From the NCBI GenBank assembly GCA_018398765.1, contig JAHBMJ010000446.1, positions 1 to 47,514 of the forward strand: a stretch of DNA of 47,514 bases, in the 5' to 3' direction. The stretch comes from Chromera velia (taxonomy: Eukaryota). The position numbers and the translations under genes are program-made. Under the pieces are notes generated by a model, which was not told the DNA's origin, made no database searches, and saw only the letters and a program-made list of their open reading frames with translations. Positions within the stretch are counted from its first letter, which is position 1, and each line of letters starts with the position of its first letter. This document shows, piece after piece, positions 1-11,960 of this stretch.

Positions 1-33
<33 letters not shown>

Positions 34-58
34 GCGTGTGTGTGCGTGTGTGTGCGTG

Positions 59-98
<40 letters not shown>
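1..98. repeat. (TG)n microsatellite at the 3' end of an intron
   Basis: Directly visible TG run ending in the acceptor ...gcgtgcag (AG at 106-107). Confidence 0.95.
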
Positions 99-102
<4 letters not shown>

Positions 103-107
103 TGCAG

Positions 108-1408
108 CCAGCTGCACAGGAAAGCGTTTCGTCTCCGCTTGACTTCGGAGTCCGACAGCTTGCGGCCGTGGGTGTCCATGAAGGTCACCAAGCTGCTCTG
201 GCCCCAGTGGGCCCGGAGAGACGAAGCGGCACCGACACAGACTCAGCAGCAGACCCGTACCCATTCCCGGACTCATGGAATGAGCCTCCGGTCCCTGCTG
301 GGAAACAAAGAAGGGGAAGAAGAAGAAAACGAAGATAAAGAAGAGGAAGAAGAGAAAAGAAATCCCTGCACCCCCCAATCAAGACCCAAAGCGATCCTTG
401 CGGCGAGTTTGGACAACCCAGAAGGTGTCGAGAGAATCCACCCGGCCTATGCGTGGGGAGGGGGGTGGATGAAGCTGCCCGGCGAAGGAGCGGATTTCTG
501 GGATGGGCCTGGGTGGGCACTGATTTTTTTTTTTTCTTGTCTTTCTTTGTGTCTGATTGCTGTTGAGGCAGTTAAAGGCAGGCAGGTACTCTCTCTCTGT
601 CAGTTCCACTCTTTCTTTGCATCATGTTCTTCTCTCGATTTGTTTCTTGTGCCGGAGTATAAGTCGATCGGTCCATCTGAATTCCCTTTTGTTCTTTGGT
701 TGCGTGCTCTCTCTCTCTCTGATGGTGGCTGTGGGTAGCTCTAGGTTGCACTTCGGGTTTTGCAAGGGGCTTCGAAAGAAAAGCGGGGCTTCTATCGTCG
801 ACATCGGGAACTGTCTCAGTCCTTTCCTTTTGGCGTGGCGGTATATGGATATATCAACTGGATGACTGGCTGACGGTCTGATTGAGGGGCTGCATGCATT
901 CACTGATCGAGTTTTATGTGTGAATGATTTATTTGTGAGGCCTTGCCACTACCCGTTCTCCCCGCTTTCCCGATTTCAGTCTCTTCACGTGTCATGTTTT
1001 CCTACAGACAAGATGACACGCATAGTATGAATGTGCATCCATCATGCGACCTCTGTGTTGAACTTCATGTCCTGCTGCAGGAGGGAGTCGGACGACGAGA
1101 GCATGTTAGACTTGGAAAACAGTTCCAGTGAGGAAGAGGACGCTTGGGAAACATCCGAGGACGACTCAGACGAGGACTCGGCAGGGGATTCGGATGATGA
1201 TTTGGATGAGAGTGAGGAGGAGGGAGAGGAGGTCCCTTCCGCTGAAGGATCGGCTGGAGACGGGGAGGGAGGGGGCGAGGTCGACTTGGATGACTCCGAT
1301 GCAGACGGGGAAGATGCAGCGTCGAGGATGCAGGGATCCGCCTCCGACGAGGGAAGGCTGTCCGAGTTGGCGGGGTCCGGGGAGGCGTCAGAAGGGTTAT
1401 CAGATTGA
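108..1408 (+). CDS. Last exons (108-512, 1081-1408) of a 5'-truncated gene; unknown protein with a very acidic C-terminus
   Basis: Acceptor gtgcag|108, open frame QLHRKAFRLRL...DFWDGPG, donor GT at 513 (phase 2). Acceptor ctgcag|1081 resumes in the matching phase, giving RESDDESMLDLE...EGLSD and TGA at 1406-1408. Intermediate exons cannot be excluded. Confidence 0.65.
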
Positions 1409-2254
1409 TAAATTTGCAGGGACAGGCGATCCTTCTCTGAAAGAGTTTCTTCAGTGTTGCCGCAATTATCTATAAATCATAAGAAATGAACGTCTGAACG
1501 TTATGCGATTTTGTGGAATTATTTGGAAATTATATAGGATGAATATTATTAAATTCGGTTGAAATTCCCAAGAAATACCACTGAGTTAAATGCGTTGAAT
1601 TGTATTGTTTTTGTCAGATATTAGCGTTAAGTTTCAGAACTATTTTTTGAAGTAGCCCTTGTGGTCTCCCGTGGCCTATAGGAAAAAAATTTGTTTTAAA
1701 AAGTTATTTTTTGTGTAGAAAACATTGGCAGATTTTTTTTTGGATCAATGTACATCTAGGATCTAGAAGTATCTACTATCTAGAAGATTGTCAGAAATGT
1801 GATCCACTAGTTAGATAAACTTAATCATGCACGTCAGTGCCAAACCAGTGAAAGAGACCGTTCAAAGGATCATTTTTTGCTTAGCTCCAGTGCTACACGA
1901 ATCTTAAAGTTACAAACCTATACTTACAAACGGAGACTAGAAAAGTGATTAGAACAGAAACCAGTGTTCAAACCACTAGCTTTCGATCATTAGTTTAATC
2001 ATTGGACCCGCAGATTATCCGCGGGGTATGCAAGAGGTTAAACCGCTATCGAACTATCAATTTTAGCCTACGATTAAACTCTAATTTAAAGAATTTCAAA
2101 TAAATTTTTACATTCAATGTTATTTAGTATATCTTTTTGTTCTGCTTTCCTATAGCTGCTTTTTAATCAATTAAATCGTTAGAGTCTGATCGTTAGACTC
2201 GGAGTCTAAGTTGGAGCAGCTATAAGCAAGTAAACGAAAACCGTTAGCATGCTT

Positions 2255-2628
2255 TCATGCTCTGTAAACCCCGCGGATCTCGATTCGTTGTCCGACTTCT
2301 GTATGGCAGAGAGGGCATGAATTCAGTCGAGCAGCACATCCCCGGCACAAAGCGACGTGCCCACAGGGAACCAGAATCACTTGCCGTCGTTGAGAGAGGC
2401 ACACGATGCAGTCTTCCTGCTCTCCCCCTTCAGGAACTTCAAGGTCCGCCTGAAAGTGGCTCGGTGCAGCGTTCAACCTGCACGAATTGGAAAGAAGACG
2501 AGAATTAAAGAGGAGACACGCAGAAAAGCAACGAGGGTCTGAGGAATAAAGAAGGATACACACTTTCCCCCTGCACGTGTATACAAGCAAACCTGCACGG
2601 CACACGCGCACGCGCACACACAAACACA

Positions 2629-2672
<44 letters not shown>

Positions 2673-5027
2673 CTCAACACGAAGCCCCAAACGGAAAATT
2701 CACTGCATGATGCCTGCTCTCGCCTACCGCTCTGGTCACGCCTCCTCCAGAGAGAAGGCAAGTCGAGAAGGGTGAAGGAAAGGGGGGCCGGAGGAAAGAA
2801 ATCAGAAAAGAAACAACAACTCTCTTCATCATCGAGGACAGAGAGGGAAGGAAAATGACTGACGAAGGATCGTCATCTGCTATTCGGAGGAACTCAACAC
2901 GGAGAGCACTGAACAGAACACCGGCACCTGCACTCACTCACTCACTCATCCGATGATGCATTCACTAGCTCAGCACACACTTCTGTCAGAGAAATTTCAT
3001 TCACGCAATTAACTGATGGACATCTACGTGCAGGCATACTTCCTTCATGCCCATGCACTCGGCAAACAAACCAGGTTTCCATCAAAGGAAGGAAGCGCAC
3101 AAAATCCCCAAAGGCCATTCAAGCAACCAAACAAAACAAGTCGACCCCTTCCCTGCCCTCCACAACCCCCCTGAGAGAAACCGACGAAGTCCCAAATCAA
3201 GCCATACGACCGACCCAGAGACCAGAGCAGAACCGCTCCAAACTGCCACATCCGACGTTGCCACAACACCCTTCCAACGACGTCTGCCAGGCCCATTCCA
3301 GTCACCCAAAACAACCCGCTGCTCCTGTCTCTTTCCAGACACACGCGACTGTCCTTATCTAGGTGCGGTCTCCCCCTCTCCCCTTTCCTTCCCGTCTCCA
3401 GCGAGACTGAAGAAGAAGAAGAAGACGACGAACTTGCCGAAGAGGAGGAGGAATAGCATTGCTGTGTCACTACCGAGGTTTCCGACGAATTCCCCCCACC
3501 CGAACTCCAGCCCCCACTCCGAGACGGCCCGGCTCCCTGCAGGCCCTGTGGATGTGACCCTTGTACCTGCGGCGTCTGCTGGCGTTGCGCTCTCTGTCTC
3601 TGTGAGGGTGCCAGGGGACCATCTGATTGAAGCCTCCCTATGACAGTCACCGGACAGCCTACTGGTACAACTTTCTCGACTTGTCTGCAGAAGGGTGTGC
3701 ATTTTTCGTTGTACAATTGCGTTTTTTCATTTTCAATTTAAAATATGGGTACGGAGTCTAAGCAGCCTATTGGAGGACAGAGAAAATGAAAAGACGAAAG
3801 TCAGACAGTCAGGCAGCCAGCCAGACACAGACAGACAGACTGAAAGAAAGAAAGAAAGGAATCAAAGGAAAAAAGACAGAAAGAAAGGAATCAAAGGAAA
3901 AAAGACAGAACCGAGAAACGAGAAGAATTCCACTTCTCGTGCTCCTCAAAAGAAACTGAATGTCTACATGCATCCGATCGACCCCCCCTGCCCCATGATT
4001 TCTTCCCCCCTCATGAATGTTGCCTCGAAGGAAGGACGCAACTCTTGCAATCTTCTCTCACTCACTTGTCCGCAATCTTGACATAATTGAAGAGCATCAG
4101 TGAAAGCATCGACGCAACTGCATGAGAGGAGTGGGGGAGAAGGACACGAGGGGTTTTTGAAAGGCCGAGTACACGCAGGCAGGCAGAGTCTGTCTCTCTG
4201 GAAGGAAGGGAGGAATCACAGAGGGAGGAGAGAGAAAAACAAAAATAAACGGGCTCGCGCCAAATATTATAAAAGGCGGTGTGAAAGAAACCCCACGCAA
4301 GCCCTCTAGGCCATCCACCCACACACTCATTCCCGGACGCGGGCACTCACTCACACAAAAAATCGTCCCACTATTCGCCTACCTTCCCCTCTCTTTCATT
4401 GACGCACACTCTCCGTCAAACACTTACTCAATTTCTCTGTCACTCTCATTCACTCACTCATTCACTCATACTCACTCACTCACTGACCGCTGATGTCACA
4501 AGGTTTCACAATCGTTGAGACCGTATCGAAGGGAAGCCCTGCATAAGAAAAGAAAGGGAATGAGGGGGGGGGAGAATGTTCAGAGAGCACAGATCGGACA
4601 CAGAGGACCAAGAGAAAAAAGAAGAAAGGGAAAGGGGGGATAGCCACTGAAGCGCCACTCCCTCAGATCAGATGTGTGCGTCAAGGTAAGTGCTGGGTCG
4701 GAATCCGTCCCTACCAGCGATCTGAAGGAACCAGAGAGATGTGCGGTATGCGTCATACACCCACGCATTCCATCTGTCAGATCCGTTTCAGCTAGAGCCG
4801 TCACAGACTGACTGACTGACTGACGGACCTTCGGCCCTTGAGATTCCTTTGATGCGAATTGTGGGTCCCTGATTGCTGCTGCGTTGCTGTCCGACTCCGA
4901 TTGCTATTCCGAGAATGCCCCCTGAGGAGGAAGGGGGTGTTGCTGGTTGATCCAGACAGGAGGACAGGAGGACGGATTCGGCCTGAAAGAGAAGAGAAGA
5001 GAGAGGGGAATTACCGGGGATCAGATT

Positions 5028-5080
<53 letters not shown>

Positions 5081-6287
5081 TTCTCTGTCTCGTTTGCTTG
5101 ATGGGAGAAGAGGAAGGGCGCAGGGCAATCTGTGAAAAGGGAAAAGACATTGGATGGCTTTGCATATGAGACGCGGGGGGATTTGGGGTTAGTCCCTTGG
5201 TAGAAAGAACATTCATTCAGCACCTCTCCCTTCACATTGTGGAAAGAGGTACAGAAGAGATCGATCGGTGTGGTGGGGGGGAAGCGGCACCGATAGGCGA
5301 TGTCTGGAGGAAGGGGAAAGAAAAAACGGATGGGGTGAACTCAGACACGAAACACAGGCTGGTTGGCTGTCGATCTGTCTGAGCATCCCAGAGAAAGATA
5401 ATTGAAATAATGGAAATACTCTTTTGATCTCCCTACTGAAACACGCACCGTGCGAGTGTGTTTGGAGACCTCTCTCTCTCTGGTGTATCCTGCCCGCACC
5501 TGCATACATACAGGACAGAAAAAGAATCATGAAGAGACGTTGGAAGGAAATGAGAGGATGGAGGGAGGCATAAGATCAGTGACACGGAAGATGAAACGCT
5601 ACTAACGTTGTGAAGGAAGGAACACGGCGGAGGAGACGGGATAGGAAGGAGCACTGGAAGAAAGGAAGGAATATGCGTGAACAGCCAAGCACCATGCGAA
5701 CAGGAATCAGGAAAAGTCAGCAGAGGACACCGGACGGAAAACTGCGGGGGGGGTCACGGGTTCTTAGTTCGTTCTGTTGTTCTGCGTTCCGTCCTTCGCT
5801 TCCGTTGCCGCAACACACTGTGGATACAGTCACCCTCCCACCCCCCAACACGTAACCTCAACCTCCCACTGACGTGTTGCGAGAGAACAGAGACCCTCAC
5901 GTCTGACACAATGCACCGGAGCCGCTCGTTCGTTGCTGCCGCCACTGGTTGCAATGAGTGGAGAGCACCCTCCACTGCAACCAAGCTGCCCACATCGGAC
6001 TCAGTGAGGTCTCTCACGTCGAGGGGTGACAGCTTCTCGAGGCACTGCAGACGCCTGCCCAGAATACGGATCTGTAGCCAGAACCCTACCGCACAGAACT
6101 GCCACAGTGCGAAAAGCGGGTAGTGCTTCAAGAAGAGCCGGGAGAGAGCCAGACGGGTTTTCTTCCAGAAAAGAGGCTCCCGAAAATGTTTGGTGTGCTC
6201 CAGTGTCCATCTCCACACAGAGACCACATACGGATGTCGTTGAAGCAGTTGGAGCTGAGCCTGCACTTGAGTTTGAAGGTCTGCCAT
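2255..6287 (-). CDS. Multi-exon MUL1/SP1-like membrane E3 ubiquitin ligase (TM - GIDE domain - TM - C3HC4 RING)
   Basis: Exon 1 from ATG 6287 has a hydrophobic segment followed by LVAVEGALHSLQPV...RCIV (GIDE-like start). A later exon has QVEKVVPVGCPVTVIGRL (GIDE core), then a second TM (WQFGAVLLWSLG/AGVLFSAL). The last exon has CIVC...VILVPCGHVALCRGCAARLNSCPLC (C3HC4 RING) and TGA at 2255-2257. Internal exon borders between ~3680 and 5900 are only partly resolved. Confidence 0.8.
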
Positions 6288-6590
6288 TGCTTTGCCAAAG
6301 AGAATGTCTGTCTGTTGGAGCTATACGACCCTTTCAGTCTGCCATGCAAGAGCAACACCCCTTCCTCCAGCTGGCTAGAGGAGTGAAAGCTTCTGCATCC
6401 GGAAGCCTGTTTGGGTCCCTTCCAACTCGAAGCCGATGCTAATATGTCGTCAGGGCTGCACTTAAAATTGTTGTGGATGCATTCCTGAGTTGTAAGAAGG
6501 CTGCCAGAAGCTGCAAACTTAGTGATCGTTGTGCCATGTTGTGCCTGACCTTGCAAGCTGGCATGTACAGCTGTATACAGCTCGGAATGG

Positions 6591-6638
6591 CTCGCGCATG
6601 TCGAGCCAAACTGCCTCGCGCATGCCGAGCCAAACTGC
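6591..6638. repeat. 24-bp tandem duplication in the divergent intergenic region
   Basis: ctcgcgcatgYcgagccaaactgc occurs twice with 1 mismatch. Confidence 0.9.
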
Positions 6639-6932
6639 CGCGTGTCAAACTCACCTGAGCCAAGTCCGAGCTGCACCAGTTTTCCTGTTTTAAAGACTCC
6701 GGCCGTCTCATGCGGGGTGTGTAACGGCCGGTACAAATCTTGCTCCGAGAACTTAGTCCTGTCCTGCATGTTGCCAATTCAGAATCTGCCAAAGTAGAGT
6801 CCGCTCTGGATCCTCATGCACGCAATGAGGCAACCGTGACTGCAGCCTTCGAGATTGTACAATCTTCTAATGCTCATTTCCAAGCAGCACTAAGTTGAGA
6901 CCTTCCGAGAAAAGGTGAAGACTACAGGAACC

Positions 6933-7703
6933 ATGACCAGCTCTCGTCCTTGTGGCCTCTTGCGTTTGCGCCTCCTGATGTGGCTTCTCCTTAAAATCCT
7001 CAGCTTCTCTACTTGTTGTGCAGAGAGGCCGACCGCAAGCTACTCCTCGGCCCTAAAGAAAAGGAGACGGGTTGCATTGCCTCTGTCTGGCTGGGCCCCT
7101 TCTCTCCGGCCCTCGGCTTTCTTTTCAATATCTCCTTTGTGTTCCTCACGTTTACAAAATGTGATGGCACGAAGCCCGGTAGAATATTTGAGCAAATGGG
7201 GGAAGCACAGCTCAGGTAGACGGGTGGAGATGGAGAGGATCCGGAGAGAAAGGGGCTCGGTATGTGTCTCTGCAGAAGTTCCGCTGGAATCTGTGCTCCC
7301 CTCTGGCTCCTCCATTGCGGCGACGCCCGAAGGAGATCCTGCAGTGCTGCTCATGTTGGCCGTGACCTCGGTGCTCTCGGTAGTTGCGTGGCGCATATGG
7401 GACCAAGAGATTGTGCCTCAGAAGAGGGCAGAGCTCGCACGGAGCAAACGAGACGGGGAGGTGCGTTCTTATCTGGATCAATTAGAAACGGCAGAGGGGG
7501 GGGAGAGGAGTGTGGAGCGTTGGTTCTTTTCTGACTGGCTGTCGAGAGACAAGGGAGACGAAAAGAAGAAAAAACCCGCGGCAGTCCCTTTTCTCAAAAA
7601 GGCGAAGTGGAACAGTGGGGATAACCCCTTGGTGGTCACGACGGGAGTGACTCTTTTGACCATTGCAGTGAGCACACTGGCAAAAGAGATTGGAGGAAAA
7701 TAA
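6933..7703 (+). CDS. Single-exon 256-aa protein, likely plastid-targeted (signal + transit peptide), two TM helices, function unknown
   Basis: ATG at 6933; hydrophobic N-terminus (LLMWLLLKILSFSTCCA), then an S/R/K-rich, acid-poor stretch. The mature part has TM AVLLMLAVTSVLSVVAW, motifs ERWFFSDWL and KKAKWNSGDNP, and a C-terminal TM. Targeting is inferred from composition. Confidence 0.8.
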   Translation: MTSSRPCGLLRLRLLMWLLLKILSFSTCCAERPTASYSSALKKRRRVALPLSGWAPSLRPSAFFSISPLCSSRLQNVMARSPVEYLSKWGKHSSGRRVEMERIRRERGSVCVSAEVPLESVLPSGSSIAATPEGDPAVLLMLAVTSVLSVVAWRIWDQEIVPQKRAELARSKRDGEVRSYLDQLETAEGGERSVERWFFSDWLSRDKGDEKKKKPAAVPFLKKAKWNSGDNPLVVTTGVTLLTIAVSTLAKEIGGK

Positions 7704-7884
7704 GGAATGCAAGGAGAAAACTCCGTGGCAGTGATCATATCAGTGGAGAAAAGAGGAAGAGAGACACGATTCGCTTTCAAGTTGTCAGTTGCAGTGCAGT
7801 TGGCTTGCTTAACCGCACCTAGGAGAAACATAAAACTCCTCAGGGTATCCGGACACACTCTACGTCATTATGGTTTTCCGAAGG

Positions 7885-8405
7885 CTGTCTGCCTGTCTGT
7901 CTGCTGATCTGTTTGCCTGTCTGGCGTGAGGAAAAGAGGGGAGAAGAAGAAACATAGAGTCTGTCTGAAAGAAAGGAAGAGAAAAAGGAAAGAAAAGACG
8001 ATGTTGTCTGTCTGTCTGTCTGTCTGCCTGCCTGCTTGAAAGAAGAAAGAAAAAAAAGTCATACCGCCTGTCTGCCAGTTTGTCCGTGTGAAGAAAGAAC
8101 GATCTTTCTGTCTGTTTGTTTGCCATTGGTTCAAGTAGAGAGACGGAAACACAGGACAAAGAGGGGAATCAAAATTTTCTTTCCTCTTTTCTTTTCTCTT
8201 CTCTTCTTTTTTCCCCCGGCCTTTCTTTTCATACTTTTTTCTCACCTCTCTTCTTTCCTTCGTTTCACTTGCTCTCACTGTTTTTTGCTTTCGCTTTTTC
8301 TTTGAATTCCTTCTTTCCCTTCTTTCCCTAAGTTCTCTGTCTCTTTTTTCCTTTTTTCCTTTTTTTTTTTTTTTTCTTTCTTTCTTTCTTTCTTTCTTTC
8401 TTTCG

Positions 8406-8439
<34 letters not shown>

Positions 8440-8464
8440 GTTTGTTTCTTTCTTTCTTTGTTTC

Positions 8465-8500
<36 letters not shown>

Positions 8501-8560
8501 TTTCCTTTCTTTCTTTTCTTTCTTTGTTTCTTTCTTTTCTTTCTTTCTTTTCTTTCTTTC

Positions 8561-8599
<39 letters not shown>

Positions 8600-8644
8600 G
8601 TTTCTTTCTTTGTTTCTCTCTTTGTTTCTTTCTTTCTTTCTTTC

Positions 8645-8679
<35 letters not shown>

Positions 8680-8833
8680 GTTTCTTTCCTTCCTTTCTTT
8701 CTTTTCTTTGTTTGTTTGTTTCGTTATTTCTTTGTTTCTTTCTTTCTTTCTTACTTACTTACTGCCTTTCTTTCTTTCTTTCTTTCTTTTGTTTCTTTCT
8801 TTCTTTCTTTCTTTCTTTCTTTGTTTCTTTCTT

Positions 8834-8866
<33 letters not shown>

Positions 8867-8939
8867 TTATCTGTCTGTCTGTTTCTTTTTGTCTTTTGTG
8901 TTCATGAAGAAAAGGAGGGAGAAAAAGAAGAAACATATA

Positions 8940-8973
<34 letters not shown>

Positions 8974-9188
8974 TGTATTCATGAAGAAAACGAGGGAAAG
9001 AAACCATACAGTCTGCTGCCTGTCAAGGGAGAAGAAGAAACATATAGCCTGTGTCTGTCTGTCTGTCTGCCTGCCTGCCTGCCTGTCTGTCTGTGTCAAG
9101 AAAAGAAGGGAGAAGAAGAAACATATAGTCTGTCTGCCTGTCTGTCTGTCTGTCCTTATACCTGTGAGCAGTCACGCACACACACACA

Positions 9189-9234
<46 letters not shown>

Positions 9235-9749
9235 TTCTTTCCATCTTGGCGGGGGGGCAAATGAAGAGATCCAACAAGAAGAGAGGGGCTGGTCCATTGC
9301 TACTATTGTCTTCGTCAAGGGAAAACGATAAAGAGAACCCCAGAAGAAGAAAAGAAAAGATAAAGGGAACCCCGGAAAAAAAGAAAAAGGAAAATGCTAC
9401 TGCTGCTGGCGGTTGTGGGGGCCTGGCTGCTGCTGCTGCTGCCTCGTAAGCGAAAGGAGAAGAAAAGAAACGAACACGTACAGATGGAAAGAATGTGGAA
9501 GTGCAAAGGCGCAAGCCTGCACCGGGCAAAGAAGGGCCGCAGGGTACGCTTAAGGCCTGGAGCTCTGGTACCCTTCCACTGAGAGCGCGCGCCAAAAGAA
9601 GAAAGAAAAAAACAGAAGAGAATGAAGAAGAAGAAAAAGGGAAAGAAAAGACGATATGGTCTGTCTGTCTGTCTGTCTGAAGAAGAAACATATAGTCTGT
9701 CTGTCTGTCCGTGTCTGTCTGTCTGTCTGTCTGCCTGTCTGTCTGTGAC

Positions 9750-9784
<35 letters not shown>

Positions 9785-9827
9785 GACTGTCTGTCTGTCT
9801 GTGACTGTCTGTCTGTCTGTCTGTGAC

Positions 9828-9858
<31 letters not shown>

Positions 9859-9897
9859 GACTGTCTGTCTGTCTGTCTGTGACTGTCTGTCTGTGTG
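7885..9897. repeat. Compound microsatellite block: (TTTC)n ~8340-8835, (TCTG)n, (CA)n, with repeated gaagaagaaacatatagtctgtctg units
   Basis: Directly visible. The long F/L/S-rich ORFs here are repeat translations. Confidence 0.9.
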
Positions 9898-10299
9898 TCC
9901 CGAGAATCGGGCCGAGAGATAATACTAGACTTAGGTAAGAGGTAAGCTCAATTCATTCAATTCAGGTAGGATTCCGTAGCTAGTTCCGTAGTTATAGCTC
10001 CGTACTAAGGAGATTGCCAGAAAAGAGAGATCCATAGATGTTTTTCTTTTATAGTTTAATTTTCTTTTTCTTTTTAACAAGATTGTTTTTCATAAACGTA
10101 AACAACACTGGCAATCAGGTTTAAAAATATAATATGTATGAGTACCACTTAGAATTCTAGAATTATTTAGAGAATTATGATGATATTCAAGTTCAAAGAA
10201 ATGGCAATTGAACTAGCAATTGATGGATTTTTTGATTGATTGATTGATATGTTCCGTTAATTAAAAGTTATGTGACTATATTAGAGCTGGGAATATTGA

Positions 10300-10540
10300 A
10301 TCAATCAATCAATCATTGATGACAATCAATCAATCAATCAATCAATCAATCCGAGTCAATCAATCAATCAATGCTAGTGATGATGGACTACATTGATGGT
10401 ACTATCATCATACTACTATGATGGTAGAGTACTATCTAAGGTTTCATGCCGTGCTTTAGCCTTTATCGTATTAACTAATGTTACCGATATATATGTAATA
10501 CCAGGGCTGCATGCTGGTTATTGCCCGCCCAGCTTAACTG
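10300..10540 (+). repeat. Dispersed repeat, copy A: (AATC)n plus ~165 bp unique end; inverted copy at ~20124-20320
   Basis: Manual alignment of 10375-10540 with the reverse complement of 20124-20274 gives ~14 substitutions and 3 indels, including an identical aataccagggctgcatgctggttattgcccgcccagct. Confidence 0.85.
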
Positions 10541-11529
10541 TTTATCTAACGGAAGCCTTGCAACTTTTTGATTTACTCGTCTGAAATTACTCTGAATGTC
10601 AAAGGCTGGGTGCTCCACTATAACAGTCATAGCAGCAATGCATACAACGAATTTTATAAACCCTCACCATGTAGAAAGCATGCCAATGGAATTCAAAAAA
10701 TAGATCGAGGCCCTGACTTAGGCCCTGACATGCCCTAGCTGTCAGGACGCGAGTCAAGGAGACTTGGAGGAAATACCCAGAGAAGTATCATGCAGGACGC
10801 GTGTAAGCTGTGTGCGTACTGGGCTAAGTAATCATGAGGCTAGCAGTGTGGTGGGCTAGACAGAGATATTCTCGATCAGCCGTTTATAGAGGGAGTTCCA
10901 TCTTAGAGTTCTAACAATAACCACTCATGTCAATCATCCAGCTTCTACTGCCTTCCAGGTTCTCTCTTGCTTGGCTACAGAACGCATACCTTACTGAGTC
11001 ACTGTAAGTATCGTTTAGTGCATAGATGTACATGCTATCGATCCTGCGCCCTACTCCGTGCAAGTAGCCCATCGAGTGACTAAGTACCATGACAGCCTCG
11101 TGACGGCACCACGTACAGGCCCTACATCTGCCCGCTCGCCAAGGCCGATGTCCATACTTAGCTCACATGCACTTTCTTTCTTTTCCTCTCACCATCCATA
11201 TTCTATTCCTACATCTGTCCGCTCACTTGGTGGGTTGGGTAGGCAAACTTAATTCATTCAGCCTCAATTCTTTCCATCAGATTCCTTCATTCAAAACAAA
11301 GTGATCACACGGCAGCAACAAAATGACAATGGCGCTGAGCTCCAGGCTTGGATCGCTGAACAAGAAAATGCAGTCGACCTCCAAAACAGACGTATGTGGC
11401 TCAGTACACCCTCTTGCGCACACTGGCTAGCGACCCTGAGCACTCAATTTCCAGTCGACTGTTCAGGGGAGTTCAGGGTACACGCTGGCCTCCAGTCCCG
11501 AAGGACTACAATGCTTGGGGGGGGCACTT

Positions 11530-11960
11530 CAGCCGGTTACACCATGGTTACTGACCCAACACCCCCCCCCCTACAATGTGTGATATGTAACTATCAGTCA
11601 AAAGTGGTGCCAATCGACTAGTTACGTTTGGTTACTCACAAAACTGGCTTCAAGATTGTTAAACAATTCAGGTTATGGTCAAAAATAATAAAAAATGATG
11701 TATCACACTCACTTTGCCCCCAAACCCCCCATAACCGGATAACCCGTAACCTTTTTTAACCCCCCTCAAAAATGAAGTAACCTCCCTCAAAAAGCATTCA
11801 AACGTGTTCTAAACATCTGATTCATTTTGAATGTTTTCAAAAGTTGAAAATTTGGTTGGTTACTGAGGTTAAAATGCTTGTAACCGGATAACCTGTAACC
11901 TCTTTATATGACAAAGATAAAAAAGGCCGCTTTAAAGGCGTAACCCAAAGTAACCACGTA
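11530..11960. mobile_element. Probable degenerate MITE interior with many GGTTAC/GTAACC motifs
   Basis: More than a dozen RTAACC/GGTTAY hexamers, mostly GGTTAC on the left and GTAACC on the right. A 21-bp direct repeat taaccggataaccYgtaacct lies at 11732 and 11881. Termini and TSD not found. Confidence 0.4.

Noticed and set aside
6128..6792. 213-aa and 117-aa minus-strand ORFs upstream of the E3 ligase
   Set aside because: No recognisable domain; the longer one overlaps the ligase start in another frame. More likely promoter/UTR.
8414..9331. Long F/L/S-rich ORFs (also 25500-26165 and 45975-46778)
   Set aside because: They are translations of TTTC, TCTG and GA microsatellites, which lack stop codons.
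9899..9928. Hairpin CCCGA-GAA-TCGGG followed by CTAG after the (TCTG)n tract, as a Helitron/DINE-like 3' end
   Set aside because: The stem is only 5 bp, the base after CTAG is A rather than T, and no 5' end or second copy was seen.
10376..10590. Box C/D snoRNA (GTGATGA ... CTGA)
   Set aside because: The box D candidate lies outside the region shared with the second copy and there is no terminal stem; better explained as a repeat.
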